From: Plasmodiophora brassicae
Taxonomy: Eukaryota
Direction: 5' to 3'
DNA: 64,000 bases
Assembly: GCA_036867785.1 (NCBI GenBank)
Contig: CP145415.1
Span: 620,001 to 684,000 of the forward strand
Under the pieces are notes generated by a model. The model was not told the origin of the DNA. It did not search any database and saw only the letters and a program-made list of their open reading frames with translations. Numbering within the stretch: position 1 is the first letter of the stretch; each line of letters opens with the position of its first letter. Shown piece by piece: positions 10,776 to 23,717 of the stretch. The position numbers were made by a program, and so were the translations under genes.

Positions 10776-12611
10776 TTAAACTCTATGAATCAGAATAGGT
10801 CTATCGTCGATGTCGTCGTCATTTCGCGGTAGAGACGGTTTAGGTCGTCGTTCAGGCGAATATCGCCGGCCGACCGCCATCGTGTGATGCAGCGCCACGG
10901 GGACGGCGAGGAATGAGACGACAGTGACAGCGAGAATGTGGAGGTAGACTTCGCGGCTTAACAGCGACAGCTGATAAGCTCGTGCGGCCAAGATCATGCT
11001 GAATTCCGCAACGGTTGAAACGCTGACCCCGATAGTGATCGCAGTCCGCTTCGTGTGGCCGGACAAACTGGCCGCAGAGAACCCGGATACGAACTTGGAC
11101 GCCAACACCAATGACAGCATCAACAAGATGGAGAACATGTGCGTTAGCAGGAACCTCGGGGATATGAGCATGCCAATGCTGGCGAACAGAATGCCTGGTG
11201 ATCAGAGGTCAAACGGCGAACATGCTGGTGCAGCGTACAGAGCGTACTGGAGAAGATTTCAGTGAGCGGTCGCAGCTTTCTCAGTGCTTCTCTGCCGACT
11301 TCTGAGTCGGAAATTGTAATTCCTGAAAGCACACCCTCAGGGCGGGTCACGTAACCTTACAGCGGGCACGTACCGGCAATAATAGCGCCGAATTCAATAG
11401 ACAGCCCAGTTAGTGTGGATATGCAGCTGAATACGACACAGAATGACAACAGAGCCAATAGAAACAACTTGGACGATGATCTATCCAGCAGGGGTCGACT
11501 GATCCGGGGAAACACGTTGCGAGCGAACCAGGCCGACGCGAAGGAGAGACATCCGCCGTAGATCAGTTGCTTCATGACGAGGAACACGCCTAGGGCGCCG
11601 TAATGGAAGGCTTCCTATGGAAGAAAGTGATCGGCCCCAGGTAGGTAGGCAGTAACAGCGAATGATGAAGCATATTCTTACGGGAAGGCAGAGGAATAGC
11701 CCCATGATCAAATCCTGACCGGCAAGAATCGTGGCCGCCGTCCGAAACGCATTCTGGTCAATGCCAGCGTACAGTTCGCCGCGAAGCTCGCCCATGGTGC
11801 TGGACGAACTCAGCGACATGCACAGGGTGAACAGAAGCGTAGATCGGATCCCGCTTTCGCCGAACGAAATGACACGCGAAAGAACGACCTCCACCAGCAA
11901 TATTGTCGTGAACGCCTGCAAGAAGAACGTCGTCGCCGCCGTCCGGTACGACCGCTGTATACTGGGCCGATCGAATGATATGCCGCTCTCAAACAGGAGC
12001 AGCGATACGCCAGCCTGCGCCAAGCTATCAATGAACTTGATGTTCGACGGGTGAATCAGCGACAGTCCACTAGGGCCAACAATCATTCCACCAATGATGA
12101 AACCTTCGAATGATTAGCAGGGGGCGATTCGAACGACCCAGGCAGACGTACCCAGAAACGCCGGCAGACGATAATATTCGGCAACCGCAGCAACGAGGGT
12201 GGCAACAATGAGCAGGACGACAAGGTCGGCAATGAACGCCGGGCTCTCGTGCAACATCGCCGGGTCGTGCATCTCGCGTTTCTTCACATCCATGCGCACC
12301 GACTCGTTCGACAACGTATGTTCCCCATCGACGCGAACCATGCCCGTATCGTAATCGACGGCGACGTCCGACACGTCGTTATCGACATGCTTCCGCAGAT
12401 GATCCAGCTCGACCGCGATCTTCGCGTTCTTCTCGATCTCAACCTCCACCTGCCGCCGCGTCTCATTCAGCTCCCGCATCAGGGTGTCCTCGACGCGTGC
12501 TGCCGCCCCGGTCGCATTCGTCGCCGTCGTCGTCGTCGTCGTTGCCGCCGCCGCCGCCACGCCACCGCTGACAACGAGGACGACGACCGCGACGGGCCAC
12601 GTCGGCGGCAT
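10776..12611 (-). CDS. CPA2 family K+/H+ antiporter (KEA4-6/TMCO3-like), spliced
   Basis: Signal peptide, coiled coil, then TM segments with GGMIVGPSGL, LAQAGVSLLLF, LSSS, QD, FGAIIAG, FASIGMLISP and AEFSMILA. Confidence 0.88.
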
Positions 12612-12648
12612 CGTCGACAGTGTCAGACCGACTCCGTGGCTGACTGTG

Positions 12649-15630
12649 ATGGAGGTGCAGCCCCAACAGCGCCCGCTGCGGGTGCGCTGGGTGGGCGCCC
12701 ACCGGACGTGTTACGCGGCGCTGCCGGGCAAATGGCTGTCACAGCTGCTGGTTCGGCGCGGCGTCGAGGGCGGCGCCGGCGGGTCGATCCCGGTCCGCGT
12801 GTCCGTCGGCGACGCGGCCGTCTTCGTCGGCGCGTCGACGCTGCGCGGGGTCGCTGATGGCGACGTGATGGAGGTGGGGGCGGCGTTCGGGCGCGCCGCC
12901 CGGATCCCGGATGGGGCGACCGTGATGGTCGAGTTCCGCCGGGAGTATGCCCTGCAGGCGCCGGCGGCCATGGTGGCCATGCAGCCGATGACGGCCGATG
13001 ACTGGGAGATTATATCGGCGACCGCGGACGCGTTCGAGGCAACCGTGCTGGAGCAGGCCGATGTGGTCACAATTGGTGCCGTGATCCCGTTCTGGGTGCA
13101 TCAGAAAACGCTCGTTCATCTTCGCGTTGTGTCGTGCGACGGTGGGATGCCGTTTGCGCGCCTGTCTGCCAATTCGCGTATCGCGATTGCCCCCGTCGTA
13201 CGCGTACAGGCGCCTGCACCAGTTCGACCATCTCCTCGTCCCTGTGTTCGCCTCCGGATTGAACGGGCTGTCGATACGGTCCCTCAGCGGTGTGTTGCGG
13301 TTCGGAATGAGACACTCGAGCAGCTTGGAGTTCGGAGTGGCGGGTTCGTTGACATTGCATCATGCGCAGGAGGGCAACCGCCGCGAACCGTTCAAGCCAT
13401 TCAATGGCAGGCCTGCGCTCATGGACACGTCCATGTTCACTCACTGCTGCTTCACGAGCTTGGCTTAGAAAGGTTTCAGAGCGTCATTGTTACGCCTTCG
13501 GACCCACCGAAACCGATTCAACCCTCCGATCCTGAGTCGACGTTCGCTGTGACCGTTCGTCCCGTTCAGTTCGGAAACGCGGACGGTAACGACTGTCGCA
13601 AAGATGGGCCTGGTCACCTACGTTTGGACCAGGAAATGCTCGTTTTATGCCCGGGCGCTCTGATCAGCACCGCTAACGGCCATTGCGTGTGGTCCGTTCA
13701 AGATCGCGAGACTAGTATTGTCTTGGGACCGTCTGGTCAAATCGACATTGTTGCCCATGTGTCTGGTGACGGGCCGCTGCGTTATCCCCTGAGCAATGTG
13801 GCAACGAGACCGACCGTCTCTGCAGCTGCTCCTGACATTGTCAGCACTCTTGTCCATCGTCTCAGAGCCTGCTTGCTGCCCATCAAGTCGCCGACGGCAG
13901 GAATGCTTGCCCACTTGAGAAACTTCAGCGGCGTTTGCCTCAGTGGCGTATCTGGGATCGGCAAGACACATGTCATGCGCGCTGTCGCAGACGCCCTTGC
14001 CGATGATGCCAATGTTCTGGCCGCATTACGCTGGATCGACTGCGCGTCCATGGCAAGCGATAAGGCTGATGACATTAAGGGCGCGTTTCGTCGCGAAATT
14101 GCCGAAGCCGTAAACCGGTCCCCAGCTATCATTGCCTTCGACGATTTGGACCAGCTCTTGCCTGTGGCGAAGGAACACGACAACAGTGGGAATACCCTTC
14201 GCGCCAGCCGCCTGGCGGAGCATTTATCCGATTTACTGCTGGCATTGCGCGCCCAGCTTTCTCAGGTTCCTGTTGTATGGATGTGCACTGCGAGGTCGTT
14301 CAGCGTTGTACACGGTGCGCTTCGTTTGCCTGGTGTATTCACGAATGAGGTGGCCATATCCGCTCCTGATGCACCTAGGCGTGCCGCGATTCTCCACGAC
14401 ATGCTATCTTCAATCCCTGTCGACGTCTCAAACGTTTCATTTGAGTCGTTCGGTGCCGACAGCGAGGGATACGTTGCCCAGGACATCAAAGTGGTTGCGC
14501 AGCGAGCAGTTCATCGGGCTCTCAGTCCCGAGCACAGTGACGTCGCTCACTTAGCAAGGTTCGGTTAGACTGATTCGCTGCTAGTCGCATCAATTATCTG
14601 ATTCGCCTTTCAGTGACCACCTGCGTCAAGCAATGGGCACTTACGTCCCGCTTGCCCTTCGCGACGTTGATCTCCGGTCGTCGGATACGCGCTGGGAAGA
14701 CATTGGTGGTCTTGAAGAGGTGCGATCGACACTTCGGGAAACGCTGGAACTGCCTACTAGGTTTGCGCCCATGTTTGCTGCACTTCCCTTGAAGTTGCGT
14801 TCAGGCTTGTTACTCTATGGCCCACCTGGATGTGGCAAGTCCGTCCTTCGCCTCATAATTGCCTTTGCGAGAACTGATCGCAAACTCTGTCGTCTAGGAC
14901 TATGCTGGCATCTGCTGTGGCTCGTGAGTGCGGCCTGAACTTCATATCCGTCAAGGGGCCGGAGTTGCTGAACAAGTACATTGGCGCCTCGGAACAGGCG
15001 GTTCGCGACCTTTTCGCTCGTGCGGCCGCAGCAGCGCCTTCGATCCTATTCTTTGACGAGTTCGATGCTATTGCACCGAGACGTGGTGCCGATAGCACAG
15101 GTGTCACTGACCGTGTGGTGAACCAGATGCTGTGTCATCTGGATGGCGTTGAGCATCGCGATGGCGTTTACGTCCTTGGTGCAACCAGCCGACCCGACCT
15201 GGTCGATCCAGCACTTCTTCGGCCGGGACGACTTGACAAGTGCTTGTACTGTGGTATCCCTGATTACGCGGCCCGGCTCAGCATCTTGCACGCACTGTCA
15301 CGAAACATGCACCTTCACGCCGATGTCGACCTCGATCTGATTGCTGAGCGCACCGAGAATTTCACGGGCGCCGACCTTCAAGGCGTTCTCAACACTGCTC
15401 ATTTGTCTGCTGTCCACGAGGCGCTCGATCGGGACGAAACGGACGCGGCGTCCGTTGTAGTTCGCCAAGAGCATATCACATTGGCTCTATCCAACACAAG
15501 GCTGTCGGTATCGGCTTCGGATCGGAACCGCTTTCAGTCGATCTACGCTGCGTTCGTAGGCTCGCGGTCGTCCGATTTCTCGCTGCAGTTCCGAGAAGGG
15601 CGCGTCCGCCTGCGAACAGCTCTGGCATAA
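12649..15630 (+). CDS. PEX1: Peroxisome biogenesis AAA ATPase PEX1, spliced
   Basis: N-domain [19 protein letters not shown]1 [14 protein letters not shown]2 [52 protein letters not shown]. Confidence 0.95.
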
Positions 15631-15807
15631 ACGGCAAGTGCCTGTTATGTTACTTTATTCGATCGCATGTGGATGAACAGATGGCCCCCGTTTCTTCATT
15701 GGTTTTGTCAAGTTCGCACGATTTCCTCGGTCGGTCAGGCTCGGCCGCCTTGACGTGCGGCCGGTAACGTCATGCGTTTTGTGCCGTCGAGAAGACGCAT
15801 TTGCCTA

Positions 15808-17667
15808 ATGGTATCGTTACGAGACGTTTCGATGCTTGCGCTGCTGGCCTGCGCGGTCAGCAACGCGCAGCCGATCCCTACGCTTCCACCATCACCGGGT
15901 ACGAGGTTCGCTCTTCTGCTCGTTGTCAATCTGACGCACCGTTTCCTTGATAGGATCCAATTCGTCAAACACCACCGGACCGCCATATCCCGTGTTCACG
16001 TACCCTCCATTGCTGACGCCCGCGCCTTCGCTGGCGCCAGCATCTAACGCTACGCCGGCTCCTACATCTCCTGCTTCAACGACTACTCCACCAGCAACTA
16101 CAGGAGCTCCCACATCTGCTGCCCCAACCACTCCCGTTCCAACGACGGCGGCTCCAACGACTGCAGCTCCAACGACTGCAGCTCCCATGACTGCAGCTCC
16201 CATGACTGCAGCTCCCACGACTGCAGCACCGACGACTGCAGCTCCCACGACTGCAGCACCGACGACTGCAGCTCCCACGACTGCAGCGCCGACGACTGCA
16301 GCACCGACGTGTGCAGCTCCCACGACTGCAGCTCCCACGACTGCAGCTCCCACGACTGCAGCTCCCACGACTGCAGCACCGACGACTGCACCGCCAACGA
16401 CTGCAGCTCCAACGACTGCAGCTCCAACGACAGCACCGCCAACGACGCATTTGCCCCCGAGTACTACACCGCCGCCAACACGTCGTCGTCGTGGACGGGC
16501 AACGCCACCTCCTACGACCCCGTTCCCGATCACGCCGATACCCGCGACCATCGTTCCAGGCACGCCAGTGCCGACGTCTGTCGCTCCTGAGACAGTCCGG
16601 CCGCAGGCAGTTCCAACTCCAGCGCCGACGGGTCCATGTAGGTCGCCGCATTAGGTCAACAACTAAGAACGGCCAGGTACTGACGTGCTGTTGAGTGGAA
16701 CCGGGACAGCTGGGTGACAACCGTCACCTGGAGATCTACGTGGTCAACGATGTGCCGGTGACGTTGCGGCCGCTGCGCTGCCCGTGTCTAACCATGAACG
16801 ATGCTGCTGGAAACAGCAGCTCTGTCGGGACAGTCGGCGGGCCGTTCGCCACAGGACAACCGGACCCGGAGGCGCCCAACCTGCAGATCGACGCGCTCAA
16901 CCTGACCTGCGTCAGCAACCTGCAGGCGATCCCGCCGCCCCAGACGCAACCGGGCGCCAAGACCTACAAGATGACCTTCAATTTCACATCCGCCCTCACG
17001 AAGTCGTTTTCACCCATCGTCTGTGCGACGCATCGCAGCAACGGCGCCGCGTTCGCTGTGGGGTCTCTCGCCAGCCCAGGTGCGCTGTCCCGCCACGACC
17101 ACCGCGGCCGTTTGCTGACGTTCGCCGGTGGCAGGTCTGGAAGTCCTCGCAGAGTACGCCGTCGACACGTACCTGATCAAGGAGCTGAATAACCTCGCCG
17201 TCATGCACCAGGTCGGGGACATTGCCATCTCGGGACCGTACATGGTCCCTTCGCCGTCGCTCGCGGAACTGAACATCACCGTCTCGGAGCTATACCCATT
17301 TGTGAGCGGATGCTGTTTCTGCGCGCGGCGCTGGGGTCATTTGACGCATGCCCCCAGATCTCGTGCGTCAGCGCGTTGCGCCCGAGTCCCGATTTCTTCA
17401 CAGGGTTCGCTGATCTCGACATGCGCAACGCCACCGGCGACTTTTACAGGAACGTCGGCCTGCTTCTGCCAGGACTGGATGCCGGCACCGACGGCGGCCA
17501 GACGTAATGCTACTTCCCTATACGCCCTTTGCTGATTGGCAACGTCCCTGCTGACGAGAATGGCATTCAGGTTCAACGGGTCCAAGGTGCCGATCTTCCC
17601 GAAACCGGTAACGTTCGTCCAACCGACGCTTATCGGTATCGGTAGCGTGCTGGTGGCCGAACAGTAA
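15808..17667 (+). CDS. Secreted mucin-like (TTAAP repeat) protein with C-terminal Spondin_N domain, spliced
   Basis: Signal peptide MLALLACAVSNAQ, Thr/Pro repeats, FSPIVCATH, GSLASPG, VLAE, PSPDFFTG, LDAGTDGG. Confidence 0.8.
16142..16446 (+). repeat. Coding minisatellite, 15-bp unit (acgactgcagctccc; TTAAP), about 20 copies
   Basis: Directly visible tandem array. Confidence 0.95.
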
Positions 17668-17849
17668 GACGGCCAACGTGGCCTGAAACACATGGTATGC
17701 ACTTTACAGCCTACTACTCAATACAGCATCTAAGTGGGCTTTCGGGACATACTATATTACACGATAATCGCCTGGAAGCCTGGCGCCCACATGCAATGTC
17801 AACAAGCGCATACCCCGCTGACGTGCTGACGCGAACGTAGGTACCTGCA

Positions 17850-18562
17850 TCACGACTTGGCAGATCGGGCAGCTTCCTTCGCCTCCTGTTCCTGTCGAAG
17901 TCTCCGCTTCTGTCGGATAGCCTCGATCCGCTTCATTCGTGCATCCTCATCGACCAGTTCGCGAGACACGTCGGCCGGCTCTTCGGATGTCGTTGGCAGA
18001 ACGACTCTCCTGTCGGCCGTGTAGTCCCAGATTCGGCGGCGACGAGTGTCGTAATCTTCGTCCGTCTCGTTGACGCCTTCCTCGCCCGCTTTCAGCGACG
18101 TTTTTGGCCGGCGGTACTGGGCAACATGATCGACGCATATGACACGCCCAGCAACCTGAGGTGGAACGGTTAATGCGGGCCCTATGTAGTGAGGATGAAC
18201 GTGCCCGGGTGGTACCTTTGCGCCATTGAAGTTATCAACCGCAAGGACCGTGCTGCGCTGATCCTCGTACGCAATGAAGGCAAATCCTCGCGATTTGCCC
18301 GTGTCTTTGTCGCGTATGAGGTTCAGGTCGACGATCTCGCCGCACTGTGAGAAGACGACGAGGAGATCGCCCTCGGACAGGCGGTAGTCCAGACCGGACG
18401 CGATCACGTACCTGACAACCGATTGTCAGCACCCACCCACATGGACCATGCACAGCAGCCCTACGCGCTGGACTTGTACTGAGCGTGCCAGGATCCGGCG
18501 TCCGAGACGCCCGCCTCCACCTCGACCTTGTTGATCCGCTCAATCTCCTTGATCCGATTCAT
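17850..18562 (-). CDS. RBMX2: RES-complex RRM protein RBMX2/Snu17/Ist3, spliced
   Basis: MNRIKEIERINKVE..SWHAQYKSSA|..GLDYRLSEGDLLVVFSQCGE..RDKDTGKSRGFAFIAYEDQRSTVLAVDNFNG..VDHV. Confidence 0.95.
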
Positions 18563-18729
18563 GACGACTCCGAGCTGGACCTCCACGCAGTCCGCGGCGG
18601 CTGCCTTCGTCCAGATCGTCGTCCCCGGTCCCATCCAGCCCATCGTCTTGGAAGATGGGCATAACATAGCAACACCAGACTATATTATATGCGTCACGAG
18701 AGCTATTACAGTGTGGCCAGGATGGCGTC

Positions 18730-20760
18730 CTATTCGTCGTCGTCGTCATAGTAGTCACCCAAATCTTCGTCATAACGGTCGGCGTCACCGCCGACCAGCT
18801 GCTGGCGAAGTGTTCTGGATTCCTCGTGGTCTTCGACCTCGTCTGGGACGTCATCCCCGTCTTCAACGATGTCGTCTTCGTCAACAGCAGCGCCGTCTCG
18901 TTCAGCAGCGGTATTAGGGTGCGCAGCAGACGACAAGAGCGTCGACGAATCGAATAGGTCTTTCAGCACGTCGTAGTTGATCTTGGACGACTGACGCGTG
19001 GATGCAAGCGCATTCATAGTGGCTTCCGCCGGCGTCTCTGCCGACACCTGCATCGCAATGTGTCAGTCGGACACCATACGACAAAAGCACAGCAGGGCTG
19101 ACCTCACGCCTCTTACGCTTTCTCCGCCTGGTCGAATCTGGCTCAATGCCCATGGCCAGCTGCTCTTGTTCCCATTTCAATTTCGCTTCCTGACGTAAAC
19201 ATACGAGGTGAATAATCGACCAATGCAGGTGGGACTAACGAGGGCCAACCTGTTGCTGAAGATACTCCTTGTTGATTTCAAGCCAGACCTTCTCTTTTGA
19301 TGCTTGCTCATCGACAGAGAGCAGCATCTGGTCGATTTCCTCGTCGTCGCTACCTGAAGGAAGCTCCTCCTCAACAGCGGTTTGACCATCATCACCCGAA
19401 TTCGTTCCACCGTCTACGTCTCCAGTTCCCTTGTTCGCAAACACGGCTGCGGTAGGGGACTCAGCACTCGCAGCAGCATTTTCGCTGGCCGCAGGTTCGC
19501 CTCCGGTAGTCTGCAAACACAGAAGCGATCAGAGGCTTTCATCAGCATCGAAATTCGGTCCTACCGAAGGCACGGGCGGCGTCTGGCTGACGTCTGCAGC
19601 CAGTTCTCGTGACAATTCGTTCATCTCGTTCGAGTTCAGAACTTTCTGCATCTCGGACTGCAATTCGTCCTCGTCGATGTCTTCTGCGCCAGCATCCTCG
19701 CTGTCGTCACTGCTCACGTTCTTCACCTCGTGTCGTTGGACAAAGCGATGCGCAGCACGAAACGATGGAGGATCCATTTCGGCAGCAAAGTCGTCAGGCG
19801 TCGCATTGAACTCCGACACCGTCTGGTAGGCGGACGGCGTCTCAATGAACTCCAGGATCCGCTTACGAAGTGTGGCTTCACAGATCTTGACGATGCGCCC
19901 GACCTCTTTCTGGGATCTTCGGAACCCGTGCAGGCGCGCTGCAATGATCAGGGAGGCTCCACAGATTCCTGCGGGACGACGACCTATCGTGATGCCGTCA
20001 GCAACGCAATTAGGCGCGAAGCAGCAACAGGCCATCGTACCAACGGCCATCCAATCGCGACGCATTCGCGAAACAAGTCTCAGCGCAGTCATCGCCACCA
20101 AATGCGTCTTGTCGTCAAACTCGAGCCGTGCCGCGAACCGGTGTACGAACAACGACGGGTCGATAATGGGCATCGAAATGTTCAGCAAGCGTACGAACTT
20201 CATGAACGTTTTCCCTGTTGAGAAGTGCCGTCAGCCACCCCCTACCGTAACACGGGACCGACACGGTGAACCTAACCAAGAATGAACACGTTGGTTTGCA
20301 GAGCGTCGCTGAAATCGATCAGCAAGTGCTGCGTCTTCTCACGTCTGCAAACAATATAGAGACAAGCGGCGACGACGTGGTCGGTCTTCCGTCCCTGGAT
20401 AAAATTGTGTTGAATCGCAAGCATGAAGAGACGATTGGCGGCTTCGCAATGGTGCCTCGTCATTTGTAGAAGCATGGCGACGTGCTGAATTCTGGCCCGC
20501 CCCCTGGCAATCGTCACCTCCCGCGACTCTGTGGTATATAACTTGCCGCCACGCTGCTGGCGTGCGCCGGCGCCGAGTGGCACGGGACCGGAGGCCGGCA
20601 CGAACTGCCCGACCATCGACGACGACCCGGCCGCATCCTGGACGAAGCTCAGGTCGGTGACGATCTGGTTTTCGGACAGGACGGCCCCGCAGGACATGCA
20701 TGTCGCATCACCGCGCGACTGGTTGTACTCGATGTCGGTGCCACCGCAGTGGCACGGCAT
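18730..20760 (-). CDS. BRF1: TFIIIB subunit BRF1, spliced
   Basis: Zn ribbon CHCG..CMSCG, SREVT, FIQGRK..VVAACLYIVCRREK..LLIDFSD, IDPSLFVHRF, GRRPAGICGA, DPPSF, SSKINYDVL. Confidence 0.95.
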
Positions 20761-21044
20761 CGTTCGACGCGACGATCCGCTGCACTCTTTCAGGGCGGCG
20801 TTCCCCGTCCAGTCCAGCCACTGACGCACTTTTTGGAAATGCAGCGTTGCGCAGCTGTCGACTGCGCCGTAAGTCCGTAACCCACAGCAGCTTCACATCG
20901 TCAATACGTTACCGCTGACACGGCTAACTTTTAGCCTCCTGTGGTTCTCGAGGAGACTAAAAGTCCCAGAAGAAGAGAATGGAATTAAAGTCGTAGGAAC
21001 TGTACGAATCGTCAGCATTGTTGAACGCAGAGATGCCCTATGTT

Positions 21045-22121
21045 CAGGCCTCTTTAAAGTAGGACGTTGCCCTATTCGTACTATTCTAGCTTAAATAGTA
21101 CACCTTGGGACGCTTAGAATAGTACATCTAGTACATCTACAGAATTCTGTCCAATAGACGCCCTAGAATCGATCTAAGCTTAGTGTTTATCAATGCAGCA
21201 GGCCCTAGAAACGATTTGCCACATCCTGGAGTGCGCGGTATTGCTTGGCATACATGAATATTCCTTCCAGAACGAAATCTGTCATGGCGGCGCAATAGGC
21301 ATTCCGGCGATAGGACATTAAGGAGAAGTCACCCTCGACCCGACTAGTGGTTGGCATCACGGGATACAGTTGTTGAGCCGTCATCCTCTGTTGCACAGTC
21401 GGGTTCAAATACATCCAAGTGGACCAAGCCCGTGTCACCGGCAGGTTCTTCGCTTTCCGAATCGTCCTGCCAGCTGGACGGAGCAACACAGCGCGAACGA
21501 CCACGCCGACAATAATCTTATCGATTGTGATGATTCGTTTGCGGCCAACAACAGTGCTGTGTTTCTCAAAGAACACCTCAACGGCAGTCTGATTGAAGAA
21601 ATTCCTGAGAACTTCAGGTGTCGAGGCGTCAAGGTTACGGAGATTGGAATATTCCATGAGTCCATACCTTCGTAGGGTGCTGCTCAATCATATTCTTGCG
21701 AATATATCCTTCCAATGTTTGCGATTCACCGTTTTCTTTCGTTTCCGACCATCAGCAACTTCGTCATCTGCATCCTCGCGCCCCCAGCACTCACAAAAGC
21801 GGCACACAACAGCCTCAACAGAGCCACTGCTTTCGTTCCGTGACGTCACTCGCAATCCGAACTCAAGTTCGAACTTATCCAGGTAGGGATATAATCGTTT
21901 CGGATGTTTACGTGGAGGACCCGACATCGCGGCAGCTATCACGGGTCAGTGGGGGTGGTGGCCGTTAGGCTGCTCCGGAACAGTACAAACAGACTCGGGG
22001 AAGTCCGTGGGCACTTGGTAAGTCCGCCACGCACTATTGTATTTAAAATAGTACAGACAGGTGCCCTTATATTAGTACATTGTACTATTCTAACGCGATT
22101 GTACTACTTTATAGAGGCCTG
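21045..22121 (-). mobile_element. Non-autonomous (internally deleted) hAT DNA transposon, 1077 bp
   Basis: TIRs caggcctctttaaagtaggac / rc caggcctctataaagtagtac (19/21). Perfect 8-bp TSD cctatgtt at 21037-21044 and 22122-22129. Subterminal gtacta/tagtac motifs. Transposase fragments inside. Confidence 0.93.
21205..21942 (-). pseudogene. Deleted hAT-like transposase (N-terminal Cys region joined to C-terminal dimerisation-like region)
   Basis: VVCRFCECWGRE..RKRK, stop at 21688, then PTTSRVEGDFS..MTDFVLEGI. The catalytic core is missing. Confidence 0.8.
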
Positions 22122-22192
22122 CCTATGTTCTTCGAGTGACAAAGCTTGTTTTGGCGCCCGCAGTCATTGTTGCGCATTTTTGGAGACTGGGG

Positions 22193-23561
22193 TCGGCGCG
22201 GTTTGGTTTGGTTTGAACCGGTTTTTTGAGGGAGCGAACCAAACCAAACCAAACCAAACGGCCCTCAGGCCTGCTAAACTGAACCGAACTAAACCGTGGA
22301 CCTGGGAACCGAACTAAACCGAAACCGAACCAAACAAACCGCGGTTTATGAGTCGCAGAAAATGGTAATCTACGAGCCTTTGTCATAATCCAGCTCGTCG
22401 ATGAGAAGCTTGACGACCGAGTCGCTGCTTGCCAGCTCACGCAGCTCAGCAGAACTTATCGTACTTTGCAAATGTCGAAAGGCCTGTTTGACGTCGTCAG
22501 GAATTGTAACATCGAGTCGATGGAAGAGACCCATCCAAGAGGAAACACAGATTTCCGCTTTGAACATGGCGTTCGACAGCGTTTCACGATCACCAAAAAT
22601 CCGCCTAGCTGTGCTGTTAGCACGCTCGGATGGAATCGAGGTAGCTGGGGCTGCCAGGTAATCCACCGCCATGGGATACAACCTTCTGAACTTGTTACAA
22701 TGATCTTGCCACCAGCGGACTATATCTGTAGCTGCACGTTCTCGTCGACCGCAGCAATGTAAGACGATAGCTCTTTGTCGATGCCGTCCAGGGATAACCG
22801 AAGATAGATTATGTCAAAACGCAGCAATGGTTCCAAGCATACCCTATTCGTACGTGTCAGCACTGTGTCCGCTGTCACAGGTCGTCGTATGTAGCAGGAT
22901 GAGGCACATCGTGAGGGAATTCCGCGTCCGACGACGCGTTATAGCTCATAAGATGAACTTCGACGATCAACCGCCTGCACTTAACTAGGTCCACACCTTC
23001 AGGCTTCGCGTTCCTTGGGTCAAGAAACATGGGAATCAAGGCTACATCGGAATTCAGGTATTGGTCATACTTTGATGATACTCAAGTGCAGAAGGTATCG
23101 CTTCTCGCAGCATGCTGCCACGATCACACGACGCCAGCATATCCCGGCAGTGGCTCATCATTTGGGCAAGACCGTGAAGCATTAAGCTCGACAACGGCGC
23201 CACTATCCGAAGAAACCGACGAGCCGCTTCGACCGGGCGACGCAGCAGAGCGAGGAGCTGGCATGGTGCCTGGCAGGTGCTTCGTTTCACGTTGCAGGAA
23301 CAAGCGCGGGGGGCGCGGGCGGAGTGATACGCCCGACGCCGGAGCCCGGACACCGTGGCGGACTGCCTATGTACATAGGTAGCCCAGTGACCAGTTAAAC
23401 CACGGTTTAAACCGGTTTCAAATTTGCAAACCGGTTCAAACCGGTTTGCGATAACCACCAAACTAAACCGAGCTGAACCAAACCGTATACGGAAAGGCCA
23501 AACCAAACGGCCCAGTTCGGTTTGGTTTTGCCGGTTTTGGTTCGAAACCAAACCGCGCCGA
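22193..23561 (-). mobile_element. Second hAT relic with (A)AACC/GGTT subterminal arrays
   Basis: 17-bp terminal inverted match tcggcgcggtttggttt / aaaccaaaccgcgccga. aaaccg/aaacca arrays at 22193-22347 and ~23396-23561. hATC dimerisation motif inside. No TSD seen. Confidence 0.85.
22370..22790 (-). pseudogene. hAT transposase C-terminal dimerisation domain fragment
   Basis: ..RWWQDH..LYPMAVDYLAAPATSIPSERANSTARRIF.., disrupted upstream. Confidence 0.85.
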
Positions 23562-23717
23562 TACACACCAACATTTGCGCGCGTGGAGTGCGCCGGCAGT
23601 CCGGCACCACCTAACTACCCACGTTCTTGAAAATACGCCATGTTCGACTTCTTAAAAATACTTGAGAATCTCAGTGTATTGAGGTACAATGTGAACATCA
23701 TACTCTTCAACACATCA

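Noticed and set aside
14130-14160. Non-canonical Walker B (FDDLD) in PEX1 D1
   Set aside because: A degenerate D1 ATPase site is normal for PEX1.
12484-15630. PEX1, BRF1, CFAP58, Sec5 and CDK split into several ORFs as if pseudogenes
   Set aside because: The breaks coincide with short GT-AG introns.
15892-16720. Long ORFs in other frames over the 15-bp array (GAAVV, ELQSW, HDCSS repeats)
   Set aside because: Shadow frames of the stop-free TTAAP minisatellite. There are no unique spacers, so it is not a CRISPR array.
22200-23560. (AAACC)n/(GGTTT)n arrays as telomeric or CRISPR repeats
   Set aside because: Irregular, inverted at the two ends and enclosing a hAT dimerisation domain, so they are subterminal TE motifs.
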